Notes: generated from the letters alone by a model not told the origin. A DNA stretch of 64,000 nucleotides from Myxococcota bacterium (GCA_039194325.1 JBCCWC010000009.1:1-64000); one strand, 5' to 3'. Shown: positions 21,067-31,677, counted from the first letter of the stretch. Program-made: numbers and translations.

Positions 21067-22365
21067 CTAGAGCGGCGCCAACGGCCCGCAATCGCCTTCG
21101 TCACCGAACCCCGGGATCTCCACCCCCATCAGGTTCGCGTACGACGTGAGCAGCTTGTCGTTGTGCTGCCGCTCGGGCAGTTCGATGAACCGCCCCGTCT
21201 GCAGGGCCCCCTGCGCGTTGCCAAAGAGCACCGCCGGGATCCGCTCCATTTGGTGGTGTCGCCCGAAGTTGCTGACCGCGAGCACCAGCGTATTGTCGAG
21301 CATGGTGCCGTCCCCCTCGGGAGTCTGCCGGAGCCGCTCGATGAACTTGCGCAGCTCGTTCCAGTCCCACCGCGCCATCGTGATGTAATCGTCGCGCCGG
21401 CTACCCGCCTGGTGGTGAACCTCGTCGTGGCCCGAGTCGTTGACCCCGGTGACCCCCGCCCACTCGTACCTCCAGTGGTACCCGGAGTACCCCCAGAGCA
21501 TGCTGACCACTCCCGCCCGCTCACAGGCGAGGGTGGCATACGCCAGATCGAAGTGCGCCTGGGCCCGAGTCACGATCGCATTGTCGCTGTCGGGCATCGG
21601 GGGTACGTCGCAGCTCACTCCCGACTCGGCCGCCTCGAGATCCAGAGCCACCGCCTGCTCGGCGCGGCGGATCGCGTCCTCGTGAATGTCGAGCTTGAGC
21701 TTCTCCGCGCCAGAGAGCTCGGTGCGGAAGCGGGCGAGCTCGCCGGTGAGATCGTCGAGTAGCGACTGCTTGAGCCGCAGGCGCCGCTTTAGCGCCGCCA
21801 CCTGGGCCGGGTCGTTGCTGGGATCGAAGTCGGCGAACACCTTGTTCCAGGCGTCGACCGGGTTGACCAGGGGCGGCTTGAACACGTTGGACTCGACCGC
21901 GAAGGGCCGATGGCGCATGTGGGCGTTGTGGCTCTGGTTGACCTGGAGCTCCAGCGAGGGCACGCCCAGCTCGTTGGCGATCAGCTGATCGATCGAGATC
22001 CCACCGGGCAACCCGTCCTCGGAATCGGGGGCCGCCAGCACATCGCGAGCGGTGAGAACCTTGCCCATCGTGCGGATGTGGTTGTTGCCCTTGGGGTTGA
22101 GGCCCGAGTTACGAATATCGATCCCATCGACGACCACCATGTCCTCGCGCAACGACTCGAAGTCCGCGAGGATCGGAGACAGCGTGAAGTCCTGCTCTCC
22201 CCCGGTAGGGAAGAAGGCATCTGCCGAGGGGTAGCCACAGCTATTGACCCAGATGAAGGCCCGCTTCCCCGAGGCGCTCGCCCCCTCGGCCCGGCGCATG
22301 GACAGCACAGGGGTCAGCAAGGCAGCCGCCTTCAGCGAGCCAAAGAGGAATTCCCGGCGTCTCAT
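21067..22365 (-). CDS. DUF1552-family protein (Tat signal)
   Basis: MRRREFL signal; LSPIL, ISIDQLIA, SLLD, KLDIHEDAIR, EGDGTMLDNTLV and GALQTGRF motifs. Confidence 0.88.
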   Translation of the reverse strand: MRRREFLFGSLKAAALLTPVLSMRRAEGASASGKRAFIWVNSCGYPSADAFFPTGGEQDFTLSPILADFESLREDMVVVDGIDIRNSGLNPKGNNHIRTMGKVLTARDVLAAPDSEDGLPGGISIDQLIANELGVPSLELQVNQSHNAHMRHRPFAVESNVFKPPLVNPVDAWNKVFADFDPSNDPAQVAALKRRLRLKQSLLDDLTGELARFRTELSGAEKLKLDIHEDAIRRAEQAVALDLEAAESGVSCDVPPMPDSDNAIVTRAQAHFDLAYATLACERAGVVSMLWGYSGYHWRYEWAGVTGVNDSGHDEVHHQAGSRRDDYITMARWDWNELRKFIERLRQTPEGDGTMLDNTLVLAVSNFGRHHQMERIPAVLFGNAQGALQTGRFIELPERQHNDKLLTSYANLMGVEIPGFGDEGDCGPLAPL

Positions 22366-22366
22366 A

Positions 22367-24127
22367 CTAGCGTCCCTCCCGAATGTAGAGCTCGGGCGCA
22401 GTGAGGATGTCCTCAAACAGCTGAAGCAAGTCGCGGTCGTTACCCACGAACACGGGAGTGATCTGCTCGGCCATAAAATCCACCAACTCGCCCCCCGCCT
22501 GCCCGCTGGCGTACTGGGCCACGTTGGTGGTGACGCAGCGGGCGACCTGATCGCTGCCGGCCAGATCCGGCACCAGCTCCATGATCCCCCCGTACGAACG
22601 CGCGGTGCCGTCCAGGAGCAGCCCCTCGACCGCCGCGTCGATCGGCCGATCCCCGAACTGGATCTGATACTGGCCCAGGGCGTCGAAGTTGCCCCACAGG
22701 TACCCGTAGGGCATGAACTGCTGGTGGCAATCGACGCACAGCTGGTCCTGATTCATGATGAGCTCGAGCTGCTCGCGCGTGGTGAGCTCGTCGAAGTTGG
22801 GCACCTCGTCCAGCACCTCGGCCGCGGCCGACTGCACGTCGATCCCCGAGGGTAGCCCGATCTCCCCGCACAACAGCTGGCTTTGGATCAGCAGCCCCCG
22901 GCGGATCGGCTTGTCGCGGTGGATCTCGGCGCTCGACGAGTGCACGGCCATCACGCTGGCCAGGGTCAGCACCCCACCCCGCTGCTGGGCGTCGAGGGTC
23001 AGCGGCTCGAGCGCGTCGCTTTGCGAGCTGCCCCCGTAGAGCGGAGCGGTATGCTGGTTGACCCAGGTGACGTTGCGGGTCAGCAGATCGTCGAGGGTAC
23101 CGGCGTCGTCAAGCACCACGTGATCGATGAAGGCGTTGAACTCGTCGCGGAGGGTCTGAGCCTGCTCGGCGGAGACAAACTTGGCATAGTCCTCGGGCGC
23201 CCGCGCCATGGCCTCGAGCTCGCTGACCCGAAGCCACTGTTCGAAGAACTTGACCAGCTGAGCACGACCAGCGTCGGTGTCCATCAGGCGGCGCACGTGC
23301 TCCCGGATCCGGGGAAGATCGAGGCGATCTGCCTCGGCATCCGCGAGCAGGGGCTCGTCGGGCATGCTGCCCACCAGTGTGTAGGAGACCAGCGACGCCC
23401 GCTCGTAGGGATCGAGCAGGGCCAGCGAAGGATCGTCGGCGAGGTTCTGACCGACCTCGGTGCGATACAAGAACCGAGGCGACATCAGCAAACGGGTGAC
23501 CAGCAGCTCCATGACCTGGTCGGGCTCGTCCGTCTTGGGGGTCGCGTCCGCCACGAAGTCGAGCAATTGCTGTCGCGTCTGGGGATCCACCGGGCGACGG
23601 AACGCCCGACGCCCCAATCCATCGACGATCGTCTCGACGCAGGCTGCCCCGGTGGCGCTGCCCGGCTCGAAGCAATCGAACGCGCCGGCCAGTTCGGTGG
23701 CTACATACTGCTCAGCAACCCGCTGCGCTTCAGTATAGAGGATGCTGAACAGGCTCTCGCCCAGCTGCCCCTCGCCGCTATTGTCGTAACCCGAGCCTAC
23801 CTCGCCGTACTGAAGCTCGGAGCTGACCTCGACACCCAGCAGATCCCGGATGGTGTTCTTGTACTCGTCGGCGCTGAGCAAGCGGATCTGGCCCGCCTCC
23901 GGCACGTAGGACTCCGAGACGTCGATACCGTCCGGATCCGAGGGCCCATCATCAGCACCGGAGGGATCATCCCCGCCCGGACCACCGCCCTCCGCCTCGG
24001 GGTCGAACGCAGAGACCCCGGAGTAGCACGCGCCCAGCAGGGCAAGGATCGCCGAACAGGACGAGGCCCGAAGCAGCCGCGGTCGTAGCGCACAAAGCGC
24101 CAGACGTGCCGGACGTGCCGTTGGCAT
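22367..24127 (-). CDS. DUF1592/DUF1588/DUF1595/DUF1587 multidomain lipoprotein with CxxCH
   Basis: IRLLSADEYKNTIRDLLG, RAFRRP, LLMSPRFLYR, SMPDEPL, RGGVLT, PIRRG, TTRE and CVDCH; LLGAC lipobox. Confidence 0.88.
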   Translation of the reverse strand: MPTARPARLALCALRPRLLRASSCSAILALLGACYSGVSAFDPEAEGGGPGGDDPSGADDGPSDPDGIDVSESYVPEAGQIRLLSADEYKNTIRDLLGVEVSSELQYGEVGSGYDNSGEGQLGESLFSILYTEAQRVAEQYVATELAGAFDCFEPGSATGAACVETIVDGLGRRAFRRPVDPQTRQQLLDFVADATPKTDEPDQVMELLVTRLLMSPRFLYRTEVGQNLADDPSLALLDPYERASLVSYTLVGSMPDEPLLADAEADRLDLPRIREHVRRLMDTDAGRAQLVKFFEQWLRVSELEAMARAPEDYAKFVSAEQAQTLRDEFNAFIDHVVLDDAGTLDDLLTRNVTWVNQHTAPLYGGSSQSDALEPLTLDAQQRGGVLTLASVMAVHSSSAEIHRDKPIRRGLLIQSQLLCGEIGLPSGIDVQSAAAEVLDEVPNFDELTTREQLELIMNQDQLCVDCHQQFMPYGYLWGNFDALGQYQIQFGDRPIDAAVEGLLLDGTARSYGGIMELVPDLAGSDQVARCVTTNVAQYASGQAGGELVDFMAEQITPVFVGNDRDLLQLFEDILTAPELYIREGR

Positions 24128-24409
24128 GGGGTGATCAATCATTTCAGCCCTCGGCGCCCGCGCGCCGTATCCGGTAGTTCCACGAGCGAGGGACTTGTCC
24201 ACGGCCAAATACCGGAAAGATCAGCGGTATTGGTTACACCAGCAACGTGGCATCGAGCGACCGAGCCCCCTCGTCCCCTAGCGAATCCAGCAAAATCCGA
24301 CGATCGACCCGTACAGCGCCACAGCCGCAGGTGGGCTGGCAGACCACGTGGACTGGATGAGCCGGGTCGGTAACGTGCGGGTGGGGATGCAACGATCAGA
24401 GTACCGACG

Positions 24410-27400
24410 ATGCTTTCGGCATCCGCGCCCGTTTCGCTCGTCCCTCCAAGGGACGTCATCACCGCCGCCCCTTTGCCGCTGGCGTGGGCCGTGGTGGCAC
24501 GAGCGATCCGTCACCGGCCGCCACAGGGGCAGTGGCGGGTGCTGGTGGGCGTAGATCCGGATTCGACGCTGGCCGAACCGTACCTGCGGGTGCGCGCGCG
24601 GGTGGTCGGACGGACCGGCGAGACCGACGGTGATCCCCGATTTCACGTCCGCCTGCCCCTGGACACCCACGGTCTGCCGACGCCCCACCGAGCCGACGAC
24701 GCCGACCTGGTGATGCTCGCCCGTGTCGACGTAGAGGTGATCGAGCCCACACTCAGGGCGGTCGCGAACGCCCTGAGCGCCTCCGGGATCGCGGTCCTCG
24801 GGGTGCCATCGTCGGAGCAACGGCTGAGCGCTCTGGTCGCGGCCACCGGGCTCGAGCTTCGTGAACGCGCTCGGGTTGGCACCGCCGAGGGATCGTTTGA
24901 TCTATTGGTGGTCGCCGACCGCCGCGAAGCGGTACCGCTGCCGCTTCGCGGCTTGCGGCTCGACCGCTCCGCGTGTGTCGACCGGGAGATGATCCGAGAC
25001 GCCCTGGCGCATGGACCTTGGTCGGGTCCGGATCCTTCACGCCCGGCCGGATCGACCACGGCGTTGCTGGCGGCGCTACGCCAACAGCTCGAGAGGGGCG
25101 AGCCCGACGTCGAGCGATTGCCATGGCCCCGGGACAATTTCAAACCGGTGACCAACACCACCGCGGGATGTGACGTTCTCGCCGTAATGCCACACCCCGA
25201 CGACGAGTCCGTCTATGCCGGCGGCACGCTCGCCGGGCTGACGGCGGCCGGGCAGCGCGTACACCTGGTCGTGGCCACCGACGGAGCGGGCGGCCGCGGC
25301 GGCGGTGCGCTCGGTCGACGTCGCGCCCGCGAGGTAATCACCGCCGCCAAGATCCTGGGCGTGCAGTCCCTGCGCTGCCTGGCCTGGGAGGATTTTGGCA
25401 AGTACCGCGATGCCGCGCGCACACTCCCCGTCAGTGCCGGCGACGCGATCCGAGCGTGGGGCCTGCACCGGGCCCTGAGTGATCTGGTCGCCGAGATCCG
25501 ACGGGCGCGACCCGAGTGCCTGCTGAGCCTCGGTCCGCGGGTCGACCCCAACCTCTCCTTGCACGGGCACCACCTGGGCTTGGGGGTGCTGTCGACGATC
25601 GCCTTCGTAGCCGCGGCCGATCCCGGCTTTGCCCCCGAGCTGGGACCGGCCTGGTCATGCGCCGAGCACCGGGTGCTCGCGCCGCTGGCCCACGCTCGCG
25701 GGGGCGAGGTCTTCGAGGTGAACCGTACGCTCAAGCGACGAGCCCTCGCGGCTCATACCTCGCAGGCCTACTCCACCGAGGGATTGCTGCGAGATCTGGG
25801 CGACGAGGATCGGGCTGCGGTCGAGGTCACCCGTAAGATCCAGAGCCGACGGCCTCGACCGTGGATCTTGGCCCGAAGCACGCCGTCCCCGGCTCCCACG
25901 ATCGACTGGAACGCCGAGGCCCGCCGGGTTCGTGCCGCGCCCCGCCCTCGCGCTGCGGTCGTCGAGGCCCTCCGGCGCCAGGCTGAGCAGCTCGGGGTCG
26001 ACGGAGCGACCGAACGCTCGCTGGCCACGCTGGCCCGTGAGGACGGGGTGGCCGTGGTCACCGGACAGCAGGTCGGCCTGCTGGGCGGGCCGGTCTACAC
26101 GCTCGCCAAGGCGCTGGAGGCCGTCGCGCTCGCCCGTCGCCTCCAGCGAGCGGGGATCCCCGCCGCCCCCGTGTTTTGGCTGGCGAGCCAGGACCACGAT
26201 CTGGCCGAAGTCCAGCGAGTACCGCGGCTCGGTGCTCCGCCCCTTGACCTGGGGCTCGAGCCCGATGGGCGACCGGTCGGTGAGCGTCGGCTCGGGCCCG
26301 CCATCGAGGGACTGCTCGACCGCTGGGCCGCGGAGCTGGACTCAGAGCTGGACCGGCCAGCGCTCGCAGAGCTCGTTGCGCTGCTGCGACGGACTCACCG
26401 GCCCGCGCACGACTTTGCCCAGGCGTTCACCGAGCTACTGCGAGCGCTCACCCGCGGCACGGGACTGCTGGTGCTCGACCCGACCGATCCCGCGCTCGCG
26501 CGACTGGCCCACCCCCTGCTCACGCGAGCCCTGGCCGAGGCATCCGCCGTCGAGGACGCGCTGGCGCACGCCCGCCGGCGCCTGGGGGGCCGCGAGGTCA
26601 TTGCGACCCACCCCGGTCGTACCCAGGTGTTCGCGGTTGACGACCGCGGGGTGCGCAAGCGGATCGTTCATGCTCCCGGTCGTCCTGTGGATCTCCGGGT
26701 GTTCGACGTCCTCGATGAGTATCCCGAGCGAGCCTCACCGGCCGCGCTGCTGCGCCCGCTGGTGCAGGATGCCTTGTTGCCGACCATCGCCTACGTGGCG
26801 GGCCCCACCGAGCAGCGCTACCTCGCGCAGCTCGACGAGCTCTACCGCTGGGCTGAGCTTCCGTCCCCGCGGATCGTGCGTCGGCCGTCGTTGCACCTGC
26901 ACACCGCCCGCGACATCGAGCCGCTGGTCGAGGCCGGAGGGCTCGCGCGTCTACAGCAATCGGAGCGACCGCACGCCCTCATCGGCCGGGACGGCCTGGG
27001 GCCGGCGGCCTCGCGGTGGCTTGAGGAGCTCGACGCCCTCATCGAGCGGCTCGACGCCGTCCGACGGCGACCGTCCGGTACGTTCCACCCGCGATTGCGC
27101 ACCACCGAGCTCGCCGAGCGCCGCGCGAGGCTCGACGAGCTCGCCCGGCGGGCACTACCCACCCTCGGCCGGGTCCAGCGCCACTGGTCCACCATCTATC
27201 AAGATCTACGACTTCGATTCGAGCTCACCCGGTTGTGTCCCACCGCTCACGCGATTACTCGACTGCGCCACGAGCTCGTTCGTCTGCGCCGCTCCTTGCT
27301 CCGCGACGGTCGTCGTGCGCGCCCTCGGGCGCTCGCCGCCTGGCGGCGTGTGGGTTCCGAGCCCGCTGCGGCCGAGCGGCGCATGACAGTCGCCGAGTGG

Positions 27401-27496
27401 ATCGCCCGCGGGGGCCTCGATCTCGTGCCGATCGTGCTACGCCGACTCGAGGCCGAGCCATGCGCTGAGGTCACACTCTACGTGGGAGATCTTTGA
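24410..27496 (+). CDS. bshB-bshC: Fusion: divergent N-terminal domain + PIG-L/BshB deacetylase + BshC cysteine-adding enzyme
   Basis: PIG-L motifs PHPDDES, VATDG and HGHH; BshC motifs VVTGQQVGLLGGPVY, VFWLASQDHD and SPAALLRPLVQDALLPTIAYVAGPTE in one uninterrupted ORF. Confidence 0.82.
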   Translation: MLSASAPVSLVPPRDVITAAPLPLAWAVVARAIRHRPPQGQWRVLVGVDPDSTLAEPYLRVRARVVGRTGETDGDPRFHVRLPLDTHGLPTPHRADDADLVMLARVDVEVIEPTLRAVANALSASGIAVLGVPSSEQRLSALVAATGLELRERARVGTAEGSFDLLVVADRREAVPLPLRGLRLDRSACVDREMIRDALAHGPWSGPDPSRPAGSTTALLAALRQQLERGEPDVERLPWPRDNFKPVTNTTAGCDVLAVMPHPDDESVYAGGTLAGLTAAGQRVHLVVATDGAGGRGGGALGRRRAREVITAAKILGVQSLRCLAWEDFGKYRDAARTLPVSAGDAIRAWGLHRALSDLVAEIRRARPECLLSLGPRVDPNLSLHGHHLGLGVLSTIAFVAAADPGFAPELGPAWSCAEHRVLAPLAHARGGEVFEVNRTLKRRALAAHTSQAYSTEGLLRDLGDEDRAAVEVTRKIQSRRPRPWILARSTPSPAPTIDWNAEARRVRAAPRPRAAVVEALRRQAEQLGVDGATERSLATLAREDGVAVVTGQQVGLLGGPVYTLAKALEAVALARRLQRAGIPAAPVFWLASQDHDLAEVQRVPRLGAPPLDLGLEPDGRPVGERRLGPAIEGLLDRWAAELDSELDRPALAELVALLRRTHRPAHDFAQAFTELLRALTRGTGLLVLDPTDPALARLAHPLLTRALAEASAVEDALAHARRRLGGREVIATHPGRTQVFAVDDRGVRKRIVHAPGRPVDLRVFDVLDEYPERASPAALLRPLVQDALLPTIAYVAGPTEQRYLAQLDELYRWAELPSPRIVRRPSLHLHTARDIEPLVEAGGLARLQQSERPHALIGRDGLGPAASRWLEELDALIERLDAVRRRPSGTFHPRLRTTELAERRARLDELARRALPTLGRVQRHWSTIYQDLRLRFELTRLCPTAHAITRLRHELVRLRRSLLRDGRRARPRALAAWRRVGSEPAAAERRMTVAEWIARGGLDLVPIVLRRLEAEPCAEVTLYVGDL

Positions 27497-28701
27497 TGAG
27501 CATCCCGAGCGCCCTGTCGCTAGCTCCTGCCCCTCGCCCCGTGTCTGTGGATCGTGCCTTGCGGGTTGGCGTGCTCGCCTTGGGAGGGCTGGGCGGAAGC
27601 AGCCGGGTCGCCTACGACCTCGCCTGCGGCCTGGCCACCGAGGGCCACCAAGTCTGCATGCTCAGCAGCCCGGATCCTTGGTGGCGGCTCGAATCGCGGT
27701 CGGGGGTCACCGTGGTACCGGTACCCGTTCCCCGGGCGCCCGAGCCCGCCCGCGCCCGCTGGGTCGATCCCCTGGCCGCCGCGCTGGCACGGACCGTTCA
27801 AACCCACGATCTCCAGGTACTCAGCGTACACTATGGCGTGGGTCTCGCCGCCGCCGCCGTCCATGCCCGACATCGGCTGAGGGATCAGGGTCGGGCGCTT
27901 CGGATCTGCACGACCCTGCATGGCACCGACGTCACCCACTGGGGGGATGCCCCGCGCCAGGGCCCTGCGCTGGCCGAGGCGCTGCGCGCTTGTGATGCGG
28001 TCACCGCCGTCTCCGACTGGCTCGCCGGTCGTGCTCACCGGCTCTTGGCTCTTCCCGTGCGCCCCCAGGTCATCGCCAACGGCGTCGACACCGATCTGTT
28101 CCGCCCCGCCGCGCTCCGAGAGGTCTCCTCTCGCCCGGTGCTCTGTCACGCCTCCAACTTCCGCGCCGTCAAGCGACCCCTCGACGCGATCGACGTGCTC
28201 GGGGCCTTGCGCGGGCGTGGCCTCGATGCCGATCTGGTGATGGTGGGCGACGGTCCCTTGCGCCCCGACGCCGAGGCACACGCGGCGTCCCGAGGCTTGG
28301 ACAAGCACGTCCGATTCCTGCCGCCGGCTCCTCCCGCCCGTCTGGCCGCGCTGCTGCGCACCGTCGATCTCTCCCTGGTCACCAGCGCCTCCGAGTCCTT
28401 TGGGCTGTTCGCGCTCGAGTCCATGGCGACTGGCGTCCCCGTGCTCGGCACCCGCTGCGGTGGTCTAGAGGAGGTCTTTGCCGCCGACGCCAGCGGCGAG
28501 CTCGGCACCACTTTGTTGGCCGACGTCGGCGACGTTGAGGGCCTCGCCCTTCGGGCCGCGAGGGTCCTGTCCGACGCTCACACCCTCGTACGTCTGCGCC
28601 GCCGCGCGCTGACCGTTGGTCGCACCGCGTTCCCTCGCCGGCAGCACCTGCGGCGCTTCGCCGCCGTACTCGACCGTATCGCTCCTGGGGATCACCCATG
28701 A
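27496..28701 (+). CDS. bshA: BshA-like GT4 glycosyltransferase (GlcNAc-malate synthase)
   Basis: GGSS, VHY, TTLHGTDVT, VTAVS, HASNFRAVKR and ESFGLFALESMATGVPV motifs; TGATG coupling to the upstream gene. Confidence 0.85.
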   Translation: MSIPSALSLAPAPRPVSVDRALRVGVLALGGLGGSSRVAYDLACGLATEGHQVCMLSSPDPWWRLESRSGVTVVPVPVPRAPEPARARWVDPLAAALARTVQTHDLQVLSVHYGVGLAAAAVHARHRLRDQGRALRICTTLHGTDVTHWGDAPRQGPALAEALRACDAVTAVSDWLAGRAHRLLALPVRPQVIANGVDTDLFRPAALREVSSRPVLCHASNFRAVKRPLDAIDVLGALRGRGLDADLVMVGDGPLRPDAEAHAASRGLDKHVRFLPPAPPARLAALLRTVDLSLVTSASESFGLFALESMATGVPVLGTRCGGLEEVFAADASGELGTTLLADVGDVEGLALRAARVLSDAHTLVRLRRRALTVGRTAFPRRQHLRRFAAVLDRIAPGDHP

Positions 28702-29924
28702 GCGAACACGCTCTTCCATCGTCCTCCTCATCATCATCGCCTCGACGCGAGAACGCCATCCTCTTCGCCCTGTGGCTGATGGTGTTCGCCTCCGCCGGCC
28801 AGGTGATGATCGTGGCCCCGATCCTGCCACGGATCGGCGAGCAGCTCGCGATCCCCCCCGCCCTGCACGGCACCCTGATCACCGGTTTTTCGCTGGCCCT
28901 GTCGATCTTCGCGGTGCTGATCGGCCCGATCTCCGATCGCTTCGGTCGTCGTCCGGTATTGCTGGCCGGCACGAGCGCGATGACCATCGCCCTGCTCTTG
29001 CACCCGTTGGCCTACGACTACACCAGCATGCTCACCGTGCGGATCGTGGCCGGTGCAAGCGCTGGCTTGCTCACCGGCTCGGCCATCTCCTACGTGGGTG
29101 ACTACTTCCCGTACCATCGCCGCGGCTGGGCCAGCGGCTGGGTGATGAGCGGCTTTGCCGTGGGGCAGGTCCTCGGAGTCCCGTTTGGCACCGTGCTCGC
29201 CGATCGTTTCGGGTTCGAGGCCGCGTTCTTACTCTTTGCCGTGGTGATGGCCGCGGCCTTCGTGCTGATCCTCGTGGTCGTCCCTCAGCCCGCTGTGCCC
29301 CGCAGCGAGCGGCTCTCGATCGGTTCCGCCCTCGCCTCCTACGCGGCGCTGCTACGTCGCGGTCCGGTCATCGGGGCGTCGTTGGCCTACGCGACCATGT
29401 TCTTCTCGATCTGGGCGTTCACCGTCTACTTCCCCACTTGGGCCGAGCACTCCTTGGGTATGGACGCCGACGGCATCGCCTTGCTCTTCGTGGTGGGCGG
29501 GATAGGCAGCGTCCTCGCCAGCCCGCGTGCCGGCAAGCTCTCCGACCGCTTTGGCCGCAAGCCGCTCATCATCGCCTCCTGCATCGGCACAGCCGTCACC
29601 ATGCTCCTGTTCACCTACGTCGTGCATAGTCCATGGGCGGCCTACGGGTTCTTCTTTTTCACCATGGTGCTCATTGCCATGCGCCTGCCTCCCTTTCAGG
29701 CCCTCTTGACCGCCTTGGTCGACGATCGTCAGCGTGGCTCGCTGATGAGCCTGGTCGTTTCGATCGGCAACCTCGGCGGGGGCCTAGGTGCCGCCATAGC
29801 CGGCTTCATCTACGCCGACAGCGGTTTCTTCGGCTGCACCATCGTGGCCGCGGTCTCGATCCTCGTCACGGCCCTCTTGGCCGTGACCCACATCCCCGAG
29901 CCTGCCCACACCGCGCCCGCCTAA
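28698..29924 (+). CDS. MFS transporter (DHA1-like)
   Basis: About 12 TM segments; motif A twice (GPISDRFGRR, GKLSDRFGRK); ATGA coupling. Confidence 0.93.
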   Translation: MSEHALPSSSSSSSPRRENAILFALWLMVFASAGQVMIVAPILPRIGEQLAIPPALHGTLITGFSLALSIFAVLIGPISDRFGRRPVLLAGTSAMTIALLLHPLAYDYTSMLTVRIVAGASAGLLTGSAISYVGDYFPYHRRGWASGWVMSGFAVGQVLGVPFGTVLADRFGFEAAFLLFAVVMAAAFVLILVVVPQPAVPRSERLSIGSALASYAALLRRGPVIGASLAYATMFFSIWAFTVYFPTWAEHSLGMDADGIALLFVVGGIGSVLASPRAGKLSDRFGRKPLIIASCIGTAVTMLLFTYVVHSPWAAYGFFFFTMVLIAMRLPPFQALLTALVDDRQRGSLMSLVVSIGNLGGGLGAAIAGFIYADSGFFGCTIVAAVSILVTALLAVTHIPEPAHTAPA

Positions 29925-30282
29925 TCCCCCCCCGACTCCCCGCTCCCCGCCTCTCCGCTTCTTAGGCGAACATCCGCCATTGGACCCATCCATCTCAAGC
30001 CACAAAGGTCGGGCGATTCTCTCCCGAAGCGTTCGTTCTATGGAGCGGGCACGATGCTCGATCCCAGCTGCGCCGCGCGAGGCGTCGATGGTCCAGCCCG
30101 CGCGAGTTTGTAGCGCCCCGCCGTCCGTCGAGGTCCTCGGGCCCTTGCGGGGTCCTCCCCGTCCAAGGCGCGCCCAACTGTCTGAGCACGGGCGGGACCA
30201 TCGACGCCTCGTATAGGCGCCCCCGCCGTCCGCTCCCTCTTTGCCCCACGCAGCACGATGCTATCAATGCCCGCTCCTCTCG

Positions 30283-31677
30283 ATGCCCAAATCCAAATCC
30301 AAGTCCAAGCCCAAGCCCCAATGGGTCTGCTCCGCCTGCGGCAGCACCTTCGCCAAATGGTTCGGCCAGTGCCCCGATTGCCGCGAGTGGAACACCCTCG
30401 AAGAACGCCTCCCCTCCATTGCCGCCGAGGGCCGCGTCGTCCTCGGCCCTCACCGGGCCGCCCCGATCCCGGTAACCCGCGCCGACGAGATCGATGAGGG
30501 CCCCCGTCGCAGCAGCGGGATCGGCGAGGTCGACCGTGTCCTCGGTGGCGGCCTGGTCCCCGGCAGCGTCGTCCTGGTCGGGGGCCCCCCGGGGATCGGC
30601 AAGTCCACCTTGCTGCTCCAGGTCAGCGCAGCCCTGGCCACTCATGTGGGCCCGGTGCTCTACGCCAGCGGTGAGGAGTCGATCCCTCAGGTGGCTGGCC
30701 GCGCCGCCCGGCTCCGCGCCACCCACGAGCGCCTGCTCTTGCTCGCCGAGACCAGCGTAGAGGCCGTGCTCGACGCGGCCCGCGGCCATGCACCTGCTCC
30801 CGCCGCGCTGGTCGTCGACTCGATCCAAACCATTTATAGTGGGACCCACGACGGCCTCCCCGGCAACATCACCCAGATCCGGGCCGTGTGTGCCCAGCTC
30901 ATCAGCTACGCCAAGACCGAGGGGATCCCGGTGATCGTCGTCGGCCACGTCACCAAAGACGGGCAGATCGCCGGTCCCAAGCTGCTCGAACACATGGTCG
31001 ACGCGGTCCTCGCCTTCGAGGGCGACGAGGACCGGGCCACGCGACTTTTGCGGGCCACCAAGAACCGGTTTGGGAGCACGGCCGAGCTGGGTGTCTTCGA
31101 GATGACCACCCGGGGTTTGCGTCCGATCGACAACCCCTCGGAGGCGTTGCTGGCGGAGCGCCCGGCGACGGCCCCCGGTTCGTGCGTCACCGCGAGCTTG
31201 GAGGGGTCACGTCCGCTGTTGCTCGAGGTGCAGGCACTGCTGGCGCCCAGCGGCGGCGGCAGCCCGCGGCGCAATTGTGTAGGCGTGGATCCCTCGCGCC
31301 TGGCCATGCTCATGGCGGTGCTCGACCGCCACGGGGATCTATTCGTGCTCGACCAAGACGTATTCGTCAACGTGGCCGGCGGCATGCGTCTGTTCGAGCC
31401 GGCGTCTGATCTGGCGGTGCTGATGGCGGTGGCCAGCAGCCACATGCGGCGGCCGATCCCGCCCGAGCTGGTGGCGGTGGGTGAGATCGGTCTGACCGGT
31501 GAGCTGCGCCAGGCCGCCCGCCTCGAGTTGCGGTTGGGCGAGGCGGCGCGGCTGGGATTCACCCGCGCTCTGGTGGCGCGTCGCCGGAGCCGCCGCGCGA
31601 TGGTCGTGCCGCAGGGGCTGCAGTTGGTCGAGGTGACGAATGTTCGCGAGGCGCTCGAGGTGGGATTGGGGCGCTGA
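30283..31677 (+). CDS. radA: DNA repair protein RadA/Sms
   Basis: CSACG...KWFGQCPDC zinc finger, GGPPGIGKST Walker A, KNRFG, Lon-like C-terminus (GEIGLTGE). Confidence 0.97.
   Translation: MPKSKSKSKPKPQWVCSACGSTFAKWFGQCPDCREWNTLEERLPSIAAEGRVVLGPHRAAPIPVTRADEIDEGPRRSSGIGEVDRVLGGGLVPGSVVLVGGPPGIGKSTLLLQVSAALATHVGPVLYASGEESIPQVAGRAARLRATHERLLLLAETSVEAVLDAARGHAPAPAALVVDSIQTIYSGTHDGLPGNITQIRAVCAQLISYAKTEGIPVIVVGHVTKDGQIAGPKLLEHMVDAVLAFEGDEDRATRLLRATKNRFGSTAELGVFEMTTRGLRPIDNPSEALLAERPATAPGSCVTASLEGSRPLLLEVQALLAPSGGGSPRRNCVGVDPSRLAMLMAVLDRHGDLFVLDQDVFVNVAGGMRLFEPASDLAVLMAVASSHMRRPIPPELVAVGEIGLTGELRQAARLELRLGEAARLGFTRALVARRRSRRAMVVPQGLQLVEVTNVREALEVGLGR

Noticed and set aside
24130..24409. Riboswitch or ncRNA upstream of the bsh operon
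   Set aside because: No recognisable aptamer consensus; an Rfam/Infernal search would be needed.
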